Shown here in pieces: positions 20,731-30,882 of a stretch of 64,000 nt of DNA (positions within the stretch are counted from its first letter, which is position 1; each line of letters begins with the position of its first letter). The position numbers were made by a program, and so were the translations under genes. The DNA is from Mantamonas sphyraenae STR306 (Eukaryota; Protista; CRuMs): contig JAPMXV010000015.1 in assembly GCA_026936335.1 (NCBI GenBank), forward strand, positions 62,001 to 126,000, given 5' to 3'. The notes under the pieces are model-generated. The model searched no databases. It had not been told where the DNA came from and worked only from the letters and a program-made list of their open reading frames with translations.

Positions 20731-21346
20731 AGGAACCCTCCGGGTCGGATGCCTCGTCTTCAGAGTCCGACTCGGAATCCGAAACCGACGAATCCGGCTC
20801 CGAGTCAGACTCCTCCTACGAATGGGTCACCGACGACGAAGAAGCGGAAGAGGAACAAGACGAGCAGGACCAGGCCAACGACGAGGAGGGTGGAGCGTCG
20901 AAAGAAAGGTGAATGAACACGGTCAACGATCATTGAAATCATTCCTCTCCCAGGAAGAACTTGCTCTCGCGGATCTCAGCCAGCGTGATGCGCTTGCTGG
21001 CATCCTTTTCCAGCATGCGCTGCAGCAGTTCCTTGGCACTCGGGTCCATGTCATCCGGGTACGTCACTTCCTCCTCTTTGATCATTGCGTACAGGTCCAT
21101 AATGTGCGTCGTCTGGAACGGCACCTTGCCCGTCAGCATCACATACAGCGTAATTCCCAAGGCCCACACATCCACTGGCGGGCCCAGGAACGTGTCCCCG
21201 GACACCACCTCGGGGCTCAGGTACGCCGGAGACCCGGCCGTCTTGCGAATCAACTCGTCCTCGCTCTTCAGCTTGTGTGACACCCCAAAGTCCGTCAGCA
21301 CCACCTCGCCTGATTCATGTAGCAGCACATTCTCGGGTTTGACGTC
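20731..21346 (+). repeat. Direct duplication, copy 2: orphan zinc-finger-gene tail plus the intact kinase 3' end
   Basis: Matches 16676-17288. Confidence 0.95.
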
Positions 21347-22064
21347 CCTGTGGATGATCAACTGACCGTGCACTGCATGTGCGTACGCCTCTTTTGTGTC
21401 AGCAAAACCACACGAAATGTGCGCGCTCTCCTGCCGCTTGTTGGCCACTGCCCCTACACCTCCAACCCACCATATTCCAGTGCCTCCACAATCCCTCGAA
21501 ACACATCACGAGCGTGCCCAATCTCCAACGGTGCCTCCTCCCCTTCGTCCATCAGAGTGCCGCCAGACGCAAGTTGGAACACTGCAGTCCCCAACCGTCC
21601 ATGTGCCCACGGGTTTTTGCGTCAGCCTCCCTGCCTCACCCCCAACCCGACATCCCTTCTCCCGCTACCACATCCCACCCCACCCGCCACTCACCCAAAC
21701 AGAACTTGTCGTGCGACTCGTCGTTGATCACCTCCACCAGGTTGGCCACGTTTGGATGATCCAGTTGTTTCAACAGCTCCACCTCCCGTTCCACGTCTTG
21801 CAGCGCGTTGCCAAACCTCCCCACGCGCTTCCGTTTCAGCTGCTTCTTGCTGCACAACTTCAGCGCAAAGTGTTCGCCCGTCTCAGTGTTTTCCACTTTG
21901 TACACCGTTGAGTACGAGCCGCGACCCAAGTGGTCCACAACGTGGTACTGGTTGAACGTGTCCCCCTCCTCTTCATTCTCCTCATACTCCAACGACGTCG
22001 TGAGCACCGTGTTGCTCGTGCTCGCACTCGACCCTGTCTTGTCTTCCTCCGTCGTTGAGCTCAT
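20939..22064 (-). CDS. Ser/Thr kinase, CaMKK/GRIK/SAK1-like, 3 exons
   Basis: FNQY....LGRGSY, ALK, VEREV..LKQLDHPNV..LVEVIND; middle exon VFQLASGG...FRGIVEALEY; then IIHRDVKPEN, DFGVS, TAGSPAYLSPE and DVWALGITLY. Confidence 0.9.
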
Positions 22065-22157
22065 CTCAGAAAAACGAGAACCGTTGTTGTTGCCCAGCGC
22101 TCGCATCGCATCGCCCCACAAATCCGGACCACCACCCATCCACAACCACCTACTCAC

Positions 22158-22403
22158 CTACTGCTTTTGGTTGGACGCTGCCGCTGCAGCCTTGCGCTTG
22201 GCAATCTCTGCCAACGCACTCGCACTCAGCGTCAAGCCGCCTCCACCGCCACCACCTCCTCCGGCACCACCCAGCCCACTCCCACCTCTGCTGCTTGCAC
22301 TGCTGCCATCGCTTCCCATTCTCCTTCCCCGACCCCTCCCTCGCCCGCGTCGACGAATGACAACGGGTTCCTTTCCCTTTTCACTCTCCCGTCCCGCTGT
22401 CCC

Positions 22404-22442
<39 letters not shown>

Positions 22443-24674
22443 TGCCGACGCTACTGACGCCGACCTTGCTGCTTCTCGCGCCGCAGCTTCAATCTGCTGC
22501 ATGTGAGCAAACTCCTGCCGCCGCAACGCAGCACGCGCTCTTTCGTCCACACGCTTGCGCCCGTGTCCCTCCTCGGCCGCAAGCACGTCGCTGTTGCTGT
22601 ACTCCTGCACTTTCTTCCTTTGCACCGTGCTCGAGAAAGGCTGGTACCCCACGTGGTTCCCATACGGATTCAGATCTCTGATCCGCCGTCGTTCCGCCAC
22701 GCTGTCCAGCTCCTCTGGCAGGCCCCACTCACGGATGCACCGCTCCTTGATGTTCCTTTGGTCCACTGCCTGCAGGTGCGGGTCCTCCACATACTTGTAC
22801 AGCAGCTCCAGCGCCTCGATCTGCTGTTCCACTACCTCCACGTTCCCCGCTCGCACATACTCAACCAGCTCCTCCTCCCCGTGGATCATGCTCCTCCGGA
22901 TCAGCTCCTTTGGATCCTTTTCCGCGTCCTTTGCGTTGAACACCTCGTTCACCTCCAACAGGTACTCGCACACGGGCGGCCGTCGCCGACGCAGCCCTCG
23001 CCCCACAATGAACCGCTCCGAGTTTGCCGGCCGGCTTGTGTATGGCTTCACAATGCTCACCTGGTCAAATTCCTGGTACATGATGTATGCCAGTCCCACC
23101 GTGAACGGCGTAAACATGTCAAAGATCTTGCACACAAGCGTACCCCCCTTGGCCAGAACCATCATCCCCGTCGTGATTTGACACATCACCAGCTGCTTCA
23201 ACTCCTCCTCTTGGAAGTTTTCGTTGCCTGCCACGCTGAACCCGCCGTCTCCCGTCATGATGTGCACCCCTTGCTCTCCTGTGTGTTGGTCGACAAGCTC
23301 CGCAAACCCGCGGATGTTGGCCGTGTTTGTCACGTCGCCGTTGCCTGTGGGACCGTAGTATGGCACAAAGTTGTCGTGCGGCGCATCTTCGTTGAACTTG
23401 TGCAACTTCCAGTCCATGTCTCCGCTCAGGGTGAACCCAAACCCTTGCGCTCGACGCCGGAACCGCCAGTACATGTACTCTGTGAATCCACCGGGGCCTG
23501 CACACACGTCTGCAAAGTACACGTACTGGTTGACCAGCTCCTTGTGCAGGCCATACAAGTGGTCCAAGTTGGCCATCTTCAACGCCGCTCGGTTCATGAA
23601 AAAGTGCTTCCCAATCGACTCGTACGGGTTTGCGCGACGACGCGCATTCGTAAACTCACGCGAATCCACGTTGTCCAACTTGTCCTTTGCCTCAAACAGC
23701 CGCATGACCTTGTCGTGCTCGCAGTACTCGTTGTAGTCCACTGCCTCCTTCTTCGGCCCTGTCACCAACGCCCCCGACCAGTAGGCTCCCTGCTGCCTCT
23801 CCCTGCACTGCACCAACTCCACTTGTTGCTCGTGTGGCACGTACTTGCTCAAATCCACGCTGTGCTGCCTGTGCTGCACGCCTCCGCCGACGCCTCCGTT
23901 CCGGAACCCCAACCCCGTCGTGTCGTTCTTCACCGCCGTCTCAATCACCTCCTGCACCCGTGTGCTTGCCTCTCCCGCTCCCAATCCCGTCCCTTGTTCC
24001 CAGCCCATCTTTTGCATCAGCTGCGCAGACACACGTGAAAACTGCCCTCCCAGCGCACCCTTCTCTCCTCCCTCACCCCTCTCCTCTGTATCCATTCCGT
24101 CATGGCCAGCCCTTCCACCCTTGCTTTGTCCTCCTCCGTTCCCTGCACCCTCCTCCTCCTGAAGCATCCCGGAACGCACAAATCGTCCCTCGTACGCCCG
24201 TTGAATGTGTGCCAGCTCCTTCGGAACTTGCCGCCCACTCTTGATACCCACTGCTCCTCCACTGGCCTGTTCACTGTTTCCACCACTGCCACTACGACCA
24301 CTGCTGCTGCTGCTGCCGTCCCTTTCTGTCCCACTGCCTCCCTTGGCCGCATCGTCGTCAAAGCCCAGCCCCGTTTTGTGTCGTTTGCGTGCTTGCGACT
24401 CTTCCCACGACACGTCGTTCAGCGAGATGCCCTTGTCGCCATTCTCCGACTCCAGCTGTGCTCGTTTGCGTCGTTGCGCCTCCTCCTGCATTGCACGCTG
24501 TTCTCGTCGCATCTGCGCCAACTCTTGCCGTTTCTGTTCTTCCGTGTACGCCTGCGACTGCGGCGGTGCGTTCGCTCGGCCTCCATTCAGCTTGCGCAAG
24601 AACGGCTCCACTCGCCACTCACAAGCCATATAGGCTTCGTCCTGCTCCGAGTACGGAGTCACTCGTTGCGACAT
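22158..24674 (-). CDS. CMTR1: Cap-specific mRNA 2'-O-methyltransferase 1 (G-patch plus RrmJ/FtsJ MTase)
   Basis: LMQKMGWEQGTGLG G-patch; ANPYE, FMNRAALKMAN, FADVCAGPGGF, DGGFSV, VCKIFD and KPYTSRPANSER. Confidence 0.93.
22404..22440 (+). repeat. (GAC)n trinucleotide repeat (poly-Ser in CMTR1)
   Basis: About 12 direct copies. Confidence 0.9.
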
Positions 24675-24739
24675 CGACCTGACCTGAGCCCGCGTGCGCA
24701 GCGCAGCCCGCACCGTCGCAACCGAACCGAACCCTCACC

Positions 24740-27700
24740 ATGGACATGAACATTGATGACCACGGCGATATGGTCGTCGAGCTGCTGGAAGCAAACTTTG
24801 GCAGCGGCAGACGTCGCCGCGAAGCTGAGGACGAACTCAGCGAGCTTCTTCTTCGTCCAGGTGCGTCCAGCCTTTCATCACCCCAGCTCCCGATGCCCTT
24901 CCTCTCGCCATCGAGCAGCCTTTGGCCTTTTCTGCTTCATTTTACCCTCCGGCTTCATGTCACTGTGACGTTTTGCACCCAGTAGCCTGGCCCTGCACCC
25001 TTGGGGTGCCTCGCACTCACCTGCGGCATGCGCTCGCATGTTTTTGGCGCGCTTTTCCCGCGCTTTATGACGTCCGCCCCCTTGCCCACCTCACGATCCC
25101 GCTGCTGACGTCCAAACCGCGACATTGCACAGGCATGGGTGCCATTCTCGCTCAAATCATCGAGGCCACCGATCTGAGCCCTTCCCTGCGCCAGCTGGCT
25201 GCCATTGTGCTGCGCGACTTTGTCAAAGAGCACTGGAGCTCCATCAGTGAGCACTTTGTCGAACCAGAGTGCCACCCGGAAGAAAAAGAGATTATCCGCG
25301 AGATCCTCCCGGGGGTCCTTGGCGACGAGTCTGAACTTGTCCGCACTGCCGTCGTACGTCCCACGCAAATGACCGTCGCTTACTTGTGCTCCAACCCCAC
25401 CGTGCACGTCGCTAACACGACCCCCCCCCCCATCCACCACCTACCATGCGCCTCGTTCACTTCACAGGGGATGGCCGTCGGTGCCATTGCCATGTGGGAC
25501 TATCCCGGAACGTGGGATTCGCTGTTTGATCAGCTGCTGGACTTTCTCAAGCAGGACGACCAGGCCCTCACACATGGCGCCATCCGTACGCTCAGCCTCA
25601 TTGCCAGCGAAGTCACAGACGTCAAGCTGGAAGAGGTGCTGGGCACGCTGTCACCCGAGCTGCTGCACGTGTTTTCCAACCCGGACCACTTTGACGCCCG
25701 CCTGCGCAGGCGTTCAGTCGCCACCCTGTATCCCCTCGTCAACCTCCTCGTGTCCATGAAGTCTGTCGAAAAGGAGTTTGTCACCAGCATGATCGCTGAA
25801 ATCATGCCCGAGTGGTGCGACGTCTTTGCAACCTATTTGGGCGAGTCTCTCGCTGACGACGACGCCGAAGAGGTCGGTGTTCGCATCGAGGTCCTCAAAG
25901 TGCTCAATGCCCTCCTTTTGAATGCACCCGAGCTCGTGCGCAAACACATCCTCAAGCCCGTGCGTTCGGTGTGGAAGAATCTCTTGGAGGTTCTTCCCCG
26001 CTACCAGGCCGAAGTCATCGAGGTCGACGACGACGAGCGTGTGCGTGACTCGGACGGTGACACCTACTCCATGGGCGACTATGTGCGCTTCATGATGGAG
26101 TTTATGCACATGCTCGTCAGCAGCGAACAATTTGACAAGATGGTCCAAGACAACATGTACGACCTCATCTACGTTCTCCTTGCTTTCATGCAGCTCACAG
26201 CCGAGCAAATCGAGCGCTTCGAGGAGAACCCGGAAGCATTTGCCGAGGAAGACGAGGACGATTCGTTTGTGTTCAACACACGCGTCATTTCCATGCAGCT
26301 CATGATCGAGCTCGGGCAGCAATTCCCCGAAGAGGCCATCGATGCCATGCAAGAAGCTGTCCAGAACCGCCTGGAGGAGAGCGATACCCTGCGCGACGAC
26401 GGCTACGACGATTGGTGGAAGATCCGCGAAGCTTGTTTCCTCGCCATGGGCAACACCGTCATGGCCAACGATGGCGACGTCAACTGGGACGTCGACAAGA
26501 TCATGCTCGAGTCTCTGGTGAATGACTTGGAAGCGGATCTGCCCCCTTTCCTGCGTGGGCGTGCCATCACCTGTGCCACTCAGTTTGGCCTTGTTTCCTC
26601 ACCCGACTCCTTGCCTCCCTTTCTCCAGGCCAGCATCGACATCATACACGGAGCAGAAGAGAGCCATGTGGCCAAGATCTGTGCCTGCCGCGCCTTGGTG
26701 CGCTTCGTGGTCAACGAACTCGTCGATCCGGCCGAACTGCACGACTACATGGAGGATATTCTCGGTGACATCTGCGAATTTGCAGGGAACACCACACAGG
26801 ATGCCCTCATGGTGGCTGTCGAAACGTTGGGCGTCTTGCTCAACATCAACCCTGATGCAACCGCTGCCTTGGAACCCGAAATCACGCCTTTCCTGATCAA
26901 CCTGTGGCGAGACAACTACAACAACCCGTTTGTGGTGCAGCAAGTGCTCGAGGCCATGCGCTTGCTTGCACAGATGCCCGAGTGCCGCGACTCGACCCTG
27001 GAGCAGGTGATGCCTGTGCTGCGCGAGATGCTTGAGGACGAAGACGCGGACAAGTCGATCCTGCAGGCCGCGGCCCAGCTCATCGGTCAGATCATCGAGT
27101 GTGGACCCACACCCATGGAGGAGGATATGCTCACGGAGATCGTCCCGTGCCTGCTCACCTGGATTGATGTGGAAGCCGACCACATCCTGCTGACGCAGAT
27201 CGCGGAAGCCTTGCGCATGTGTGGCCGCATGTGCAGCGAGGAGCAGATGCTGGAACAAGAAGTGGCCGGGGCTCCGCTCATCCAGCACATCATGGACTTT
27301 GTGGCGGTACTGCTGGACGAAAACGTGAGGGAGGACTGCACGACGTATGTCGGGCGCCTGCTGGTGCGCATCCTCCGCTCCTTTGGTGAGCATTTGGACG
27401 ATGACATGTATGCCGACATGATGTTGGCACTGCTGGAGCGCATCCAGAGGGCAAAGAAGGTGGTGCTCGTCGAGCAGCTGGTGCTTGTGTTTGTCGACCA
27501 GCTGACAGAGAACGAGGAGGCATGCATGGACTTTTTGCTCAATGCACAGCTCAGCGATGGCACGTTGGCCATGGAGGCGCTGCTTGTGCCCTGGCTGGAG
27601 TCGCAAGAGTCGTTTTCTGGTGGCGACCTGACCACAAAGTATGCGGTCATCGCCCTGACCAAACTGTTTATGAGCGGCGAGGAGCTGCTGACCAAGATCA

Positions 27701-28200
27701 TGGTGCAGGGCTTACCCCTGCCAACCGATCACATTGTGACACGCGGCAGTGCATCCAAGCAAGAGTTTGAAGAGGTGACGGCACTGATCAAGATCTTCCG
27801 CCTTTTGGCGTCGGCCTTGGAGGAGGAGCTGACGCAAAAGACCAAGTTTGTGGATGTTTCCAAGGTTTTTGGTGACCAACTGAGCGATGTGCTGAGTGCA
27901 CCCGCAGCTGTGGGGCGGCAGATTCTGAACAACGCCGAGTCGGGTACGGAACAGGTGGTGGGCGCAACCGTGCTCAACCAGCTGCTCAAGGCATTTGCAG
28001 AGGACGAGGAGGAGGACGCGCGCCCGGTGATGCCCGACTACGACGTGGCCAGCGCCTTGCATTTCAGCACAAACCTCAAAGAGCACCTGGTCATGTTCTT
28101 CCAGAGCTTTGCGCAGCACGACGAGGAGTCCTTCAACGAGTATCTGGATGTTCTCAGCCCGGAAATGCAGGACTTGGTCGTGTCTGTGGTGGATGAATGA
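24740..28200 (+). CDS. IPO9: Importin-9 (importin-beta family); introns 24861-25132 and 25354-25467
   Basis: RQLAAIVLRDFVKEHW (IBN_N), IAMWDYPGTW, WWKIREACFLAMG, PFLRGRA and IVTR motifs; HEAT-like acidic sequence. Confidence 0.88.
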
Positions 28201-28276
28201 CAGAATGAATGAACGGTGCAAAACGGGTCGCCTTCGTCAGCCCTGCCCACCCTCATCCACCCCAAACAAACTTGCA

Positions 28277-30145
28277 ATGTTCTCGCGTGTCAACAACACA
28301 ACTTCCATGAGCCCGTCGCTGGCCACCGCCAGCCAGACGCTGAGCTTTGACGGCAAGCAGATCGGCCTGCTGCGCAAGGTGGACGAGGAGACCAGCGACA
28401 TTGTCGCTGCCTCGCCCGTCGAGGAGGCTGAGGTGGCCGCTGCTGCGCCCATCGAGCTGTACTCGTCTGCCTACTACTGGACCTGTGCCATTGGTGGCGT
28501 GCTGTCGTGCGGTCTGACCCACACGGCCGTGACCCCGCTGGATTTGATCAAGTGCCGCCGTCAGGTGAGTTTTCGACCCGCGCAGCAGCGCCCGTCCACG
28601 GCCGACCACGTCAAGAAGCAAAAGGGTGCAGGCGAAGCGCGCAAGGCCCATGTGCGAGCGCTGCGCTTGCGAAAACCCTGTAGCACGTAGCATGGACACT
28701 GACACACACGGTGCAAAAAACACAGGTCGACTCGAAGCTGTACACATCGCTGGGCAACGGCTTCTCGACCATTTCCCGCACGGAGGGTGCCGCTGCTCTG
28801 TTCACCGGCTGGTTCCCCACCCTGATTGGTTACTCGATGCAGGGCGCATGCAAGGTGAGTGATGCCGGGGTCTCAGATGCACATGCACATGCGCACGGCG
28901 TGCTTTTCGTACCGCAGCACCGCATGAGAAATTTCAACAACCCAGCGAGGAAACTCTTCTTCAGCCCGGCCACACACCGTGCGCGAGCAGCACAGGGCCA
29001 TGGCCACGACCCAAACCCTCCCTGCAACCTTGCATTGCACATGCACACATGTGCAACGAGTGTGTGGCCGCGCTGAAGGGTCAAGCGCCTGTGCGACGTG
29101 TGCACCTTGCATTTTTTCCATTTCGTCAAGAGGGCACGGCCCCCTTCCTCGCGGCTCCCACAGGCCACAGGGACGCATGCGATGCAACGATGTGTGCCAA
29201 GGGGAGTCTGGTATATGGCGCGCACACACACGGCGACTAACACGGTTGTGCGCACGCGCATGTCCCGTACACGTGCAGTTTGGCTTCTACGAGCTGTTCA
29301 AGGTAGGTTCCGAAAACGCGACACGAGACGAGGACGCACGACAGAGGGCTGACCACACTTGCACAACCCACAGAAAAAGTTTGCGGACGCCGTCGGCGAG
29401 GAGTTCTTTGAGAACAACAAGTCGCTGGTGTACGCCAGCGCCTCTGCGTCGGCCGAGTTCATCGCCGACATTGCCCTGTGCCCCATGGAGGGTAAGTGAC
29501 GCAAAGGGACTGCGCCCACCACGACATTCAATGCTCACTCTCTCACCTCCATCCCACCTGTGTGCCACCACCCCATCAGCCGTCAAGGTGCGCATCCAGA
29601 CCGCCCCTGTGGGCAAGCCCTTTGCCAACAGCACCATGGAGGCTGTGTCCAAGATCAACGCCGCCGAGGGCATCAACGGCTTCTACCAGGGCCTGTCGCC
29701 GCTGTGGGCTCGCCAGATCCCGTACACGGTGATCAAGTTTGTCGGTTTCGAGTACACCGTCAACGTCCTGTACGCCCAGATGAACGGTGTCCTCAACCGC
29801 CAGTCCAAGGACGAGTACAGCAAGACTGAGCAACTGGGCATGACCTTTGCCGCCGGTTACATCGCTGGTATCTTCTGCGCTGCGGTCTCGCACCCGGCCG
29901 ACACCATGGTGTCCAAGCTCAACAACCTGGCTGGCTCCAAGGAGTCCACCGGCGCCAAGGTCTCCAAGATCTACTCGGAGATCGGCTTCAGCGGCCTCTG
30001 GACAGGTCTGGGCACCCGTATCCTCATGATCGGTACCCTCACTGGTCTCCAGTGGTTCATCTTTGACTCCTACAAGGTCTTCTCCGGCCTGCCGGCCTCC
30101 GGCGGTGCCCCCGTCAAGAAGGTGATTGAGGAGGAGGAGGTCTAA
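28277..30145 (+). CDS. SLC25A3: Mitochondrial phosphate carrier; 5 exons including a 24-nt micro-exon (29279-29302)
   Basis: CGLTHTAVTPLDLIKCRRQ, GYSMQGACK|FGFYELFK, AEFIADIALCP, LWARQIPYT, VSHPADTMVSKLN and TLTGLQWFIFD. Confidence 0.95.
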
Positions 30146-30337
30146 ACAACCCCCTTTGCCCTTTTCCATGACAAGACATGATGCCACGTCTGTAGCCGGG
30201 ATTTTCACTTTGTTGCTGCGCAAACGCGGCGCTCGGGAATCCTGCTCTGGAGGCTCCACCACCACAGGAACTGAACAAACGATGGGCCCCATTCCTTCCG
30301 CCTGCCTCTCAAACGTTTGCCTTTCGTCTTTCTTGTT

Positions 30338-30760
30338 TCATTCTGTCACCGCCGTTGCTTCGGCACGCGCCTTTCGAAGGGCTGCCCGTCGCCTTTCGAT
30401 CGCCGCCACAATGTCCTCGCGTGTGATGATTTTCCCGTGCTTCTCGATCATTGTCTCGCGTGCAGACGTCGGGTTGTATGTCTTTCCCTCGTCCTCGATG
30501 CCCAACCACCGCTCCACCAGCTGCACAGAGGTCCAGCGATGGCCCTGCAGCCATTCCATCTCTTCTCGTTTCCAGCCCAGCTTCCTCGCCACAATGGGGG
30601 CAAGCACAAGCGCCAGGATGGAGCCACCCAAGGCCACTTGGAACATCTTCTCCTGACGCTTCTTGTGCAGCTGCGCAAGGCCATTGGCCATGGCCACCGA
30701 CGCCGCTTTTTGCGCCCCGCCGCCGGCGGATTGCTGTCCGGAGACCGTGGCCAGCCCCAT
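30338..30760 (-). CDS. Small single-pass membrane protein of unknown function
   Basis: ORF with one hydrophobic helix (VALGGSILALVLAPIVA) and a charged C-terminus; fills the gap between flanking genes. Confidence 0.6.
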   Translation of the reverse strand: MGLATVSGQQSAGGGAQKAASVAMANGLAQLHKKRQEKMFQVALGGSILALVLAPIVARKLGWKREEMEWLQGHRWTSVQLVERWLGIEDEGKTYNPTSARETMIEKHGKIITREDIVAAIERRRAALRKARAEATAVTE

Positions 30761-30882
30761 TGCCCTATGCACAATCAGCTGCTGTGTGTGCAGCGTTCCA
30801 CCCACCCCTCGTGATACCCTGCCAGTGTGTGGTTCGTGAACGCAGGCTCGGGCAAACATTCACGGATTTTGGATTGCTGGCG

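Noticed and set aside
16676-21346. LTR retrotransposon interpretation of the long direct repeats
   Set aside because: The repeats are host coding sequence; no TG..CA ends, PBS/PPT or gag-pol.
22065-22162. GTGAGT/GTAGGT donor-like sequence at the CMTR1 stop, suggesting a CMTR1-kinase fusion
   Set aside because: I found no YAG acceptor giving an in-frame join; it is probably G/T-rich 3' flank.
28855-28900. TPP riboswitch in the carrier intron
   Set aside because: The CUGAGA and CCUGAU/UAAU core motifs are not present.
30175-30275. Possible C/D snoRNA (atgatgc ... ctga)
   Set aside because: Imperfect C box, no terminal stem and no recognisable guide sequence.
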